A DNA stretch of 63,435 nt, the filler included, from Reclinomonas americana ATCC 50394 (taxonomy: Eukaryota): the NCBI GenBank assembly GCA_048213135.1. It is 13 parts of 13 records of this genome, joined end to end, with 100 filler letters (N's around TTAATTAATTAA, not from the genome) between each part and the next. Parts side by side here need not be neighbours in the genome. Positions count along the whole stretch, not along the records: positions 1 to 4,780 come from AFZH01023709.1; positions 4,881 to 20,236 come from AFZH01023710.1; 11 more parts are not named here. One strand, 5' to 3'. Of the stretch, positions 1 to 10,549 are shown one piece after another (position 1 is the first letter of the stretch; the number at the start of each line of letters is the position of its first letter). The position numbers and the translations under genes were made by a program. The notes beneath the pieces were generated by a model, which was not told the origin of the DNA, did no database searches, and saw only the letters and a list, made by a program, of their open reading frames with translations.

Positions 1-3000
1 GCGGCGTTGCTGCAGTATGTCGAGCAGGTGCTGCCGTAGAAGTCGGCCTTGCACTGTGCGCAGAACTGGCCAGTGTAGTTGCCGGTGCACACGCACACTC
101 CGTTCGTGCACGTTCCTGCATGTGGAGGAGAACGTGTGAGCAGCGAGAAAGCAAGCGTGCAGAAACAGTGCGTGCGCGCACACAAACCGTGTCCATTGCA
201 GTTGACATTGGCACACGAGGTGTCGGCACCGGTGGCCAGCGAGGTGCCACTGAGCACCAGAGAAAAGTCCTGAGCCGACACAAGCTGGAAGGCCGTCACC
301 ACGATGGTGTACGTGCCCGGTGCCAGCGAGTCAAAGAGGACACGCTCGGCGTTGTGCCTGCACACCACGGTGTGGAGTGAGCACCAAATGTATAATCATG
401 GGAGGGGGAAAGGTGGTAGGTAACATGGACGCAACAGACGATCGGGGATCTTGGCGGTGACGCGCTCGTTGCCGCGCTGCAGCAGGGTGCTGCCCTGGTA
501 GACGGCCAGATCGAGATCGTTGACCAGAGCGTGCGAGGCACCGGCGGCGGGTGTGGCTGGAGCGGGATCCGTCCAGGCCAGTGTGATGGCCACACGACCA
601 GTGGAAGCCGTCACCGTGAAGGTGGTGCTCCACGAGGCGCCAGTCGAGGCCAGCGGATTGCTCTCGTGCGACAAGACAAAGGTGCTGTGCCAAACACACA
701 CAAGTGGTGAGCACCAGCGCTCAAGCATCATCAGCAACTCCTGCGGCACACTCGCACTCACCGCATGCCCGTGCTGGAGCTGGCAAACAGATTCGTGTAG
801 AGGATGCGACCGAAACCGTACTTGTTGGCCGAGCCCGCCAGATCGCTGGCGTTGTACTCGCCCGACAGCGGCACGGCGCTGTTGAACAGAGCAGCGCGGA
901 GGAGAGAGGCGCGAGGCGACGGGATGCCGGTGCCGGGGGTGCCGGGCGGGTTGGGGTAGTACTTGCGGAAGTACTCGCGCAGCGTGGCGGAGATGCCGGC
1001 GGTGGCCGGGGTGGCCATGCTGGTGCCCGAGTAGCCGATGGTCATGGCGACAATGTCGTTGAAGTTGGCACGTGCACCGGTGCCGCACACGTCGCCAGTG
1101 GCCAGTGAGAGGGCCGACGTACTGCGTGGAGGAGGAGGAGAGGAGTAAGCGAGTGATGGGTGAAAGTGGGCGTGCAAGTGCAGAGTGGACGCAACAGTGG
1201 GTTGCCGGGAGTGACCAGATCGATACCCATGCGGCCGTCGCTGGCAGGTCCACGAGCACTGAAGCTGGCGAGATTGGTGGCCACGCCCGAGTCGAGAGTG
1301 ATGGACGCACCGATGGTCAGCGAGTTCTTGCTGTGCGCTTGCGGACTGCAATGGTCGTGCTTTCAGAAACCCAGAACAAAGAAGGGTTCGAACATTGAAG
1401 AGCAGCGCACCTGATCGTGCTGGCACTTGGACCGGCATTGGAGGCGGCGTACAGAATGTGCATGTCGCGGTTGCTGTTGGCGAAGCGATCAGTGGCCAGC
1501 GCCCAGGTGTCGTAGCCGCCCGGCGCGCTGCCCCACGAGTTGGTGTTGATGCGAGCGCCGGCAGCATAGACCGTCGCATAGTACTGCATTTGGAAAGTGA
1601 GAACACACATTTGGAAGCGAGAGTGCAGACAAGACAGGGCAAACCTGGTCGGCTCCGGGAATGTTCAGGTAGTTGGTGGGCGGCACACCAAAGTCGGCCA
1701 TAAACCTGCATGCAACAATATAAACATGAGTGAGAAGCCACCTTCTTCTTCTCTCTCCGCCAAGGGTGTGCACGCAACAGCTTGGCGTTCTTGGCCATGC
1801 CATTGTACTGCGTCTGGGAGCCACCGTAGGGGTCGGCGTTGCCGGCCACCGTGCCACACACGTGCGTGCCGTGACCGTGTGCCACGTTCTCGCCAGGGCT
1901 GGCGTAGCTCCAGTAGCCGACAATCTTGCGGTGCGCCACCTTGCCTGTTGGCGGTGTCGTCCAGTCGGTGGTGGCCGCCGAGTCGAGCTTGAAACCGGCG
2001 TTGGGGTTGGAGTCGTAGAAGAAGCAGTGGTTGTACTGTGCGTCGTTGTGAGAAACAAACAATGAGGAGAGCCACACGACGGCGCACACGACTCACATCG
2101 AGACCCGTGTCGCCGACTGCCACCACCTCTCCGTCGCCAGTGAGGACATTGGTCCACGGCTCGGAGGCGGGCACGCCAGTCTGGAAGTTGAAGCGGGCGC
2201 GCGAGTTTTGCGTGCGAGGCTACAAGGAAGAGAGTGAGAACGACAGAAAAAACGCAAAGAACAAGAGACGACCAAAGCCTCCGGCAGTACCTTGATGTAG
2301 ACCTCGACCCACACCACACGCGGAATGGAGAGCAGCAGATCGGCGGCACCGAGCAGGCTCTCGTGCGACGAAAAGGTGATGCTGAAGATGTCGTGCGACA
2401 TGGCCGACACCTGCGCCACGTGGAAGCCCTGGCTGTTGAGCAGCTTGGTGAGGTCGTCGGCGAACTCGAGCACCACGTGCTCCGTCGGCGACATCATGAC
2501 TTGCACGATGAGACGGTCGCTCGGAGGCTCCTGCACAATGTTGCCGTCCTCGTCGACCTCGAACGACTGCACCGCCGCAGAGTCGTCGACAAGGCGGTCG
2601 AGCGACGCCGAGGCCTTGAACTCTTGGCGGAAGGGCAGCACCGACACCAGGTGCGAGCCGAGCTCGTGGACCACGTGGGTGATGGCTTCGGCAGTGGCAA
2701 AGACCAGGAAGCTGCGGTGCGGCACGTAGCGCACGTCGACGGCGGCTACCGTTTCAGCGTCGTCAGTCGACAATCCCATGCCCTGTGAAATGTACCGGGC
2801 ACGGTAAATGAGTTGCATTTCAGAATACCAATAATCTCGGACATCGCGCACACACCTCGGCAATCAGCGTCCGCAGGCGATCGGCAGACTCGGGCGACAC
2901 GTCGTCCATGGCGATGATAAAGGGGTGGCTGTACTCAACAAGGCCACTGGAGTTGGGCTGCGGTGCTTGCACGGCCGCGGCGTGGTCACTAAAGGGAGCG

Positions 3001-3334
3001 GGGGAGGGGGTGAGTGACAGGGCGATCGGAAGACAGTGGCAAGAGTACGCACGAGATGTCGAGTGTGCGCTGCAGGTGCCAGGCGGGCGCACTGCGCGCG
3101 TCAACGGTGATGCCATTGAGCATAATCTGCAGCGACAGCGCAGTGGCCAGTCAGTCACGGAGAAAGAAGGAGAAAAAACGGGACGACGACGGACGCAACG
3201 AGGTGGGGTTCGACAGAGTCGTCGTGGTCGGCATCGGAGGCAACAACCAGCGACGGCACAAGGAGGAGAGCAAAGAAGGCAAGGAAGCTCACGCAGAGGA
3301 AGACTGCGGAGAGAGCACGTCGAGTGGGCAGCAT
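1..3334 (-). CDS. Secreted subtilisin-like S8 serine protease (KP-43/TagC-like) with C-terminal beta domain and EGF-like repeats; multi-exon, 3' end outside window
   Basis: Signal peptide MLPTRRALSAVFLCVSFLAFFALLLVPSLVVA. Catalytic triad motifs VVAVGDTGLD, HGHGTHVCGTVAG and YSGTSMATP; also NTNSWG, FSARGPASDGR and VNDLDLAV. Ends in CNGHGTCTNGVCVCTGNYTGQFCAQCKADFYGSTC at the window edge. GT-AG introns restore the frame. Confidence 0.92.
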
Positions 3335-4127
3335 GACGGCGGAGAGGAGTGCACGTGGGGTGGGGAGGGGACACAGCGACAGGAAAAATGAGCGAGTGGA
3401 GGGCAGAGAAAGCACGGAGGGAGAGGCAGAGGGGGAGGGGGGCAGGTGAGCTGTGCTCCACGAGAGGAAGAAAAAAAGATGAATTGCTGAGACTGATGAT
3501 CACGGCGAGCCCTTTTCATGCAAAAACCAATCGGCGGTCATGATGAAACTTCTCCTCCGATGGCAGAAATGCAAGTGCAACTCGGGGAGTTCGGCCTGCG
3601 ATATGCGACCGCGTGCTCAACTCCTGCAGCACGGTGCTCAATTCCACGGCATCGCCGCAAAGTGAACTGCTACTCGCTGGCCTCCTCCTCGCACGCTGCA
3701 GCAGGTGACAGTTGGTGTCAAGCAAATTGAGATGTGCAAGCGAGCAAATCGCCACGAACCGCATGTCGCCAGGCGTGCTGTCTCGCCGCTGCACTTCGAC
3801 TGCCAACGGTTAGCACGAACGATGCGAAATGAAGGCAACGGCTAGCACGCTCCCATGACAACGGTCTGCAACGGCGCGCCCGCAACGTTTTTTTCTTGGC
3901 ACGCCGACCAGTCGCCGAAGTGTATCTGTGGTCACGGACTTGTCCGTCCACCTGCTGATTGCGGAGGGTGGGAGGTAGAGGAACGTTACGGATGGGAGGA
4001 TGCGGGGGAGGGACGTTACGAATTTGGGGGAGGAAGAGGGGAAGGGGGAAAGGGGGAAGGAAGAGGGAAAGGGGGTGAAGACGGGAAGGGGGAAGGGGGA
4101 AGGGGGTAGAGAAGGAAGAAAGGGAGA

Positions 4128-4624
4128 CAGTCGAGACAACGCTGCCCACTGTTCCTTCTCTCTTTCCGCGTCGGAGCGAGTCACTTGCTGACTGCAAGAT
4201 GCATTGCTGGCAACGAGAGCTGCAACAAAGGCGAGGCGAAGAAGGGAGAAAGAGAGACTGTCGAGGCAACGCTTCCCACTGCTCCGCACCATCTTATCGC
4301 CTCGGAGCAAGTCTCTTCACCCCGCTGACTGCAAGATGCTTTGCTGGCAACGAGACCCGACGCGAGGAGCGGAGAAAGATAGACTGTCGAGACAACGCTT
4401 CCGACTGTTCTTTCTCTCTTTCCGCGTCACTTGCTGACTGCAAGATGCATTGCTGGCAACGAGAGCTGCAACAAAGGCAAGGCGAAGAAGGGAGAAAGAG
4501 AGACTGAAGCTTACATGGTCCCTCTCACTGCTCCGCACCATCTTATCGCCTCGGAGCAAGTCTCTTCACCCCGCTGACTGCAAGATGCTTTGCTGGCAAA
4601 GCGGGAAGCAAGGCATGGTCGGAG

Positions 4625-4677
<53 letters not shown>

Positions 4678-4950
4678 GTAGGACGGACGCGTCGCGTCGT
4701 TCCGTCCTCCTCTCCTCCTCCCTCTACGTCTCCTACCACCGACGTCGTCGCGTAGACGTACGGTTCGTCGTTAGACGTCGNNNNNNNNNNNNNNNNNNNN
4801 NNNNNNNNNNNNNNNNNNNNNNNNTTAATTAATTAANNNNNNNNNNNNNNNNNNNNNNNNNNNNNNNNNNNNNNNNNNNNTACGTACGTACGTACGTACG
4901 TACGTACGTACGTACGAGTACGGTACGTACGTACGACGAGACGAGTACGG

Positions 4951-5003
<53 letters not shown>

Positions 5004-5300
5004 GAGGGAACGCTGCCATGGTTCCTCCCACTGCTCCCCTCACTGCTCACCACACTGGCTGCAAGGTGCCTTTGATGCCAGCGAGAGTTGCAACAGAGGC
5101 GAGGCGAAGAAGGGAGGAGGAGAGTGAGTCGAGGGAACGCTGTCATGGTCCTTTCCACTGCTCCCCTCAATGCTCATTACATTATCTGCAAGATGCTATC
5201 GACGACAACAAGCGCTTGCAACAAGGGCGACGCGAGGAAGGGAGAAGTGACACTGTCGAGAAAATGCTGACATGGTTCTTCCCACTGCTCCTCCTCTCTT
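4128..5300. repeat. Intergenic tandem repeat family (about 125-bp subunit, about 247-bp dimer) spanning an assembly gap
   Basis: tcacttgctgactgcaagatgcattgctggcaacgagagctgcaacaaagg... occurs at 4181 and 4428. Degenerate copies (ctgcaag...tgcaaca...gaaggga...cccactgctcc) continue at 5003-5300. Confidence 0.85.
4781..4880. other. Assembly gap spacer (N-TTAATTAATTAA-N), first of 12
   Basis: Identical 100-bp spacers also at 20237, 37870, 44180, 45501, 47611, 50698, 52220, 53996, 56884, 58060 and 60126. The linker has stop codons in all six frames. Confidence 0.98.
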
Positions 5301-5547
5301 CGCGGAAAGAATGAGTCCCTCCACCCCACTGACTGAAGGAGAAAGAGAGAAAGAGACACTGACGCTGACATCGTCCCTCTCCCTGCTCCCCACTACCTTC
5401 TCGCTTGTGAAGGAGGAAGCCAGACAAGAGAGACAACCAATCTCTCCACCACGCAGCTGCTATCCTCCGCTCCCGCTTCCTCCACTCACCCACCTTCCAT
5501 CGCAATCATTCACTCACTCACAGCATCAGTCACTCACTCACTCACTC

Positions 5548-6132
5548 TCACTCCTCTCGCATCCGACGCCACAGCATCGCCAGCGCCGCACTGACCGCCT
5601 GCTCCAGCAGCTCAACGCGCTTGCACACCCCGCCCGTCAGCCACGCATGCGGGTCCTGCCGATCCATCTCCCCCGCATGCCGCTCCGCCAGCACCTGCCC
5701 CACCGTGCACACTGCAAATCCGCGTTCCCGAGCCTCCTCCACCGCCTCCACCGGAAACGGAACGCCCGCACTGCACGCAGTCGTCTGCACGCGAGCGTCT
5801 CCACTCGCACAGACAACCCACGCCAGATCGAACCAGTCGCCAGACTCCACGGGCGGACGCTGCACGATTCCGTTCTCCATTGACACCACAATGTTGACCT
5901 TGTCGCCATCATCAGGGACCAGCAGGAGGGTTTTTGCGGCCTCCGCCAAGCGATTACGTGCTCCGCGCAGTGTCTCCTCGTCGCCGCACGGCTGCTCATT
6001 GATACCCGACGCCGCAGCGACGCCCGTGACGGTCAGTTCGTCACAGGAGGCGGCAAAGACGCGGCGAGCGGCGTGCTCGACGGCTTCCATCTTGAGACGG
6101 GTGCGACTGGCCACGACAATGTTTACGCGCAT
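5548..6132 (-). CDS. Non-canonical purine NTP phosphatase (YjjX/PRRC1 family, ITPase/XTPase-like), intronless, 194 aa
   Basis: IVVASRTRLKMEAV, GVAAASGINEQPCGDEETLRGARNR, SMENGI, and C-terminal LTGGVCKRVELLEQAVSAAL match YjjX-family motifs. Confidence 0.85.
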   Translation of the reverse strand: MRVNIVVASRTRLKMEAVEHAARRVFAASCDELTVTGVAAASGINEQPCGDEETLRGARNRLAEAAKTLLLVPDDGDKVNIVVSMENGIVQRPPVESGDWFDLAWVVCASGDARVQTTACSAGVPFPVEAVEEARERGFAVCTVGQVLAERHAGEMDRQDPHAWLTGGVCKRVELLEQAVSAALAMLWRRMREE

Positions 6133-6367
6133 GGCTGCAGGCTGGCGGGATAATTCACACTGTGTGTGTGGGAGGACACATGCAGCGATGTGTGACAGAG
6201 TTGCTGCTGCGGAGGTACGCTGCTGCAACACGTGCACAGGTGCGTGTGTGGCGAACAGAGAAGAGAGAAACCACTGCAGCATGCGCGACGTCGCAATGAC
6301 GACATCGATAGCATTCTGCAACTCACTGTGCGCAGTGCTGTGGGGCGAGAAGGCGGCACTGCAGAGA

Positions 6368-6662
6368 ACGCAACGTGCAGAACTGCGTGCAAGCTACAGG
6401 TTGGCCATGGGAGATGTCAACGTCGCGCGCGATGAATTCGCGCGCAGCGCTGCGAATGCTCTCTTCTTTGCAACTGGTTGCAAGCTGCAGCAAGTGGAAC
6501 AGAAGAGGGCATACTAGTGAACGCGACGTGCAGAACTGCGCGCAAGCTGGGGGGTGGCCATGGGATCCGGAGATGTCGACGTCGCGATAAATTCTTTCGA
6601 TATCTCTTCTTGCAGTACTTGCTGCAAGCTGCAGCAAGTAGTGGAACAGAAGAGGGCATATC
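6368..6662. repeat. About 150-bp imperfect tandem duplication in the divergent intergenic region
   Basis: acgtgcagaactgcg..caagct..ggccatggga..gatgtc.acgtcgcg and ctcttc..tgcaagctgcagcaagt..ggaacagaagagggcata each occur twice. Confidence 0.85.
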
Positions 6663-6745
6663 AGTGAAGCAACACGCACTCGCGATCAGGCAAGCCGACA
6701 ATCGTCCTCCGTCGGTGTATCAGTTGCAGTCTGTTGCAAGCACGA

Positions 6746-7086
6746 ATGCGACTGTTGTTTCTCGCGTCTCTCGCACTCGTGTTTCTTCTGAGCGCGGCCT
6801 CACTGGCGTCGGCGTTGACGCATGGCTTTGCGCAGCGCGACTTGATCTTTGCGGAGGAGGAGGAGGCGGGCGCAGGGTTGCACACGCGCGACACGCCCTC
6901 GTTTGACACGGGCATGTACTCGTCGCAGTTGTTGGATCACTTTGATGCGGTGCTCGGCGGCAACCGCACGTACACGCAGCGGTACTATAGGTCCACGCAG
7001 TTTTGCCCCACGTCGGGAGGTGAGTGAGGGGAGAGAGGGAGGGAGGGAGGGGAGTGAATGCGTGTGTGAAAGGAGCGCAACTGTCT

Positions 7087-7121
<35 letters not shown>

Positions 7122-8869
7122 GGAGGATGGGAGGACGCACGTGCATGCGTTGCCGTGGTGAATGAGCATTGACGAGTTGATGGAGACAGATGCACACACA
7201 CACACACACACACGTCTCTGCTTGCGTGAGTGACTGCATATACTCACCTTACTCTTGCTCTCTCGCTGAAGCTGCTGTCTTTCTCTCTCACTCTCACCTT
7301 GCTCTCTCACTTTTGCTGCTTGCATTGGTGACTGCATGCATGCACTCTGGTTCACAGTCCATCACTCTTACTCTCTCACGCTCACGCTTATCTTTCTCTC
7401 TCGCACACCTATTCCTCTCACTGTGCTGCTTGCATTAGTTACTGCATTCACTCTGACTCTCACTCACTCGTCGTCATTCTCTCACTCCCCTCCCCGTTTC
7501 TCCCTTCCTCTCATTCTCTCTCATCTGTCGACTGACGTGATTGCTTTGTTTCACCACAGCATGCACGGCGGCTGTGATCTATGTCGGCGGCGAAGCGGCG
7601 TTGACAGCAGCCTGTTGCGTTGTTTTTCCCTTCTTCCAGCACAGCGACTGCTTTGCTTTCTCATTTTCATGTGCAGCCATGGCCAAGGGCCAGCACATCA
7701 CCATTGCCCAGCAGCACCAGGCGGTCATCTATGGTTTGTCAGTGTCGCTTTTTATGTCAAATGGCTGTCGTCGCTTGCTCATGCATGTCCGCAGGGCTCG
7801 GTGTGTTGCTGCCAGCCGCATTCCGTCTCCTCATTCGCCTGCTCATGCTTCGTTCGTGGTCGTAGAGCATCGCTACTACGGCATCAGTGTGCCATTCATG
7901 CAGCTGACGACGGAGAACCTTCAGTTCCTGAGCTCGCAGCAGGCGCTGGCGGATCTCGCGCAGTTCATCACTGACGTGGTGCTGGTCGATCACCCGCAGG
8001 CCACCGGTCGCATTATCACGGTGCGTGTGAACTCTCTCTCTGTTTGTGTGTGTGTGTGTCTTCATCTCATCGCCACCCACGTGTAGGTCGGTGGCTCCTA
8101 CCCGGGTGCGTTGAGCGAGTGGTGAGTAGTCTTCCAATGTGCGCTGTATCCTTCGCCCTCTTCTTGTTTTTCACTCTGCGTCGTGTTTGCAGGGCTCGTC
8201 TCAAGTATCCGCACCTGGTGCGCGCCGCGCTGGCCTCCTCCGGCCCCGTGCGTGCCGAGGCGGATTTCTACGAGGTTCCTTCGTTTTCTCCATGGCGCTC
8301 CACGAGCCACTCTCCTCCTCATTCGTGTACGCACGCAGTACGACTTGCATGTGTCGCAGAGTGCGGGCGACGACTGCGCGGCGGCGCTGCACGAGGCCAC
8401 GGTGGAGGTGGAAAATCGTCTGGCCACCCCGACGAGCGCCGCTCAAGTCAAAGCGCTCTTCTCGTGCCAGACGGTGCCGAACGACGACTCGTTCCTGTAT
8501 GTGATTGCCGACGTGGTGGCGTTCGCCATTCAGTACACCAGCACCAATCAGAAGAGTGGATACCGGTACCACATGCGCGAGCGGCTGTGCAACGGCGTGT
8601 TGGCGGCCAAGCAGCAGGGCGGCGTTGCTGCGCAGGTGGAGGCGTACGCCAACTTCACCAACTCTATTTTCCAGGCACGCAACGAACCGGCCACCACCTG
8701 GGACCTCATGGCTGACCAGTACAAGGAGACGAGTTGGACGGAGGAGTGCGTCGCTCGTACTGTTGTTCGTGTGCGTGCACTCTTGTCCTCATTGCCGTCG
8801 TGCGTAAATGTGCAGTTCCAACATGCGACAGTGGATGTATCAGAGGTGCGCATAGATTGCAGAGTCTTT

Positions 8870-8916
<47 letters not shown>

Positions 8917-9852
8917 CGCATGCTAACTTGCGTGGTGTGCAGCTGCACCGAGTTTGGCTACTTCCAGACCGCCCCGCAGCCCCCGAACAAGCCACTGCGC
9001 TCGACTCGGCTGACACTCAAGTACTTTTACGACGTGTGCCAGTACCTGTACGACCTGCCGCTCATTCCCAACACGGCGTTCACAAATGCCTACTACGGAG
9101 TTGCGCTCGCTCGCCTAGCACGATTCAGCTGCGACACCTGACATGCTTTGGCGTGCACACAGAGCCAATCCATGCAAGCCAGCCGTGTGGTGGCCACTAG
9201 CGGCTCGGTGGATCCGTGGACCCGCCTGTGCTTCACATCGTCCATGGAGTGCTGCCCGACCGAAGTTACATACTGCGTGGGCGACTCTGCACGACGATAG
9301 TGTCTCATTCCCGGCACGCAGGTCCCGATTGTGATTGACGGCACCTCGCATTGCGCCGATTTGGCCGACCCTAGTCCCGACGACCCCAAGTCGCTCACCG
9401 ATGCACGCTCGCGAACCCAGTCGCTGCTGTCGACGTGGATGGACAATGAGTGCCTCGATGTGTGCCGCCCGATTCGTGAGTTGGTCAACGGTTAAGGGGG
9501 GAGCCATTGCTGTTGCTCGCAACTGACTTGCCTCTCATTGCAGCTCCCGCTTGCAACTCGGTTGCGTCGCAGCACGCACATACGTACCTTGTGACTTCTC
9601 GTCTTCTAACCCACGATGGATTAATTGCAGGTGCTGAATAACGCCGGTGTGGCTGTCGGTATTGGATTTGCCGTGTTGGCTGTCGGTGGCGTCATTGGCG
9701 TTTTCTTGGGCATTTGGATTGCCGGGCGGTGTCGCCGTTGCGTGAGAGTGGAAGTGGGGTTGAAATGTGACGAGGATGTTGACGACTGTGTGTTGTTTGC
9801 AGGGAAGCGCGAGGGCGACTTTGCGCCACTCAACTCGGATCGGAGGATTTAG
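6746..9852 (+). CDS. Peptidase S28 (PRSS16/Pro-X carboxypeptidase family) with C-terminal TM helix
   Basis: Signal peptide; [47 protein letters not shown] nucleophile, [22 protein letters not shown] and [10 protein letters not shown] segment [27 protein letters not shown]; last exon 9803-9852. Confidence 0.93.
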
Positions 9853-10497
9853 AGGGGAGGCAAGCGGGGTGGGGGGGTTGTTGTTATCGAAGTGAGTGAA
9901 CGCGGCGTCGGGGAAGGTGTCGGAATTCGATGATGATGTTGTGCAGTTTGCAGGGAAGCGCGAGGGCGATTTTGTGCCACTCAACTCGGATCGGAGGATT
10001 TAGAGGGGAAGCAAGCGGGGGGTGGTTGTTGTTATCGCAGGGAAGGTGTCGGAACTCGAGGATGATGGTGTGTTATATGCAGGGAAGCGCGAGGGCGACT
10101 TTGTGCCACTCAACTCGGATCGGAGGATTTAGAGGGGAGGCAAGCGGGGGGTGGTTGTTGTTATCGAAATGAGTGAACGCGGGATTGTCGTCGGGGAAGG
10201 TGTCGGAATTCGATGATGATGGTGTGTTGTTTGCAGGGAAGCGCGAGGGCGATTTTGTGCCACTCAACTCGGATCGGAGGATTTAGAGGGGAGGCAAGCG
10301 GGGAGTGGTTGTTGTTATCGCAGGGAAGGTGTCGGAACTCGAGGATGATGGTGTGGTATTTGCAGGGAAGCGCGAGGGCGACTTTGTGCCACTCAACTCG
10401 GATCGGAGGATTTAGAGGGGAGGCAAGCGGGGGGTGGTTGTTGTTATCGAAATGAGTGAACGCGGGATTGTCGTCGGGAATGAGGTCGGAATTCAAC
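9790..10497 (+). repeat. Five tandem copies of the S28 terminal exon with acceptor and 3' flank
   Basis: tgcag|ggaagcgcgagggcga.tttg.gccactcaactcggatcggaggatttag, with exon starts at 9803, 9954, 10083, 10237 and 10366. Confidence 0.95.
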
Positions 10498-10549
10498 GAA
10501 AAATCCTGTCATGTCGCGTTTTTGGATCGGATTCGCGTGTCCGGAGGTG

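Noticed and set aside
3490..3960. TGATGA box-C-like motifs and short ORFs upstream of the S8 gene
   Set aside because: There is no suitably placed box D or terminal stem and no recognisable protein motif.
4825..4836. TTAATTAATTAA palindrome recurring 12 times
   Set aside because: It is always centred in a 100-bp N run, so it is an artificial six-frame-stop contig linker rather than a transposon target site or regulatory motif.
4675..4960. (TACG)n and CG/TA-rich sequence at contig ends
   Set aside because: It matches the TACG flow order of pyrosequencing read-end noise next to microsatellites, so it is probably an artefact.
9790..10497. CRISPR-like repeat-spacer appearance
   Set aside because: The intervening segments are themselves repeated, the unit is a duplicated exon, there are no cas genes, and the genome is eukaryotic.
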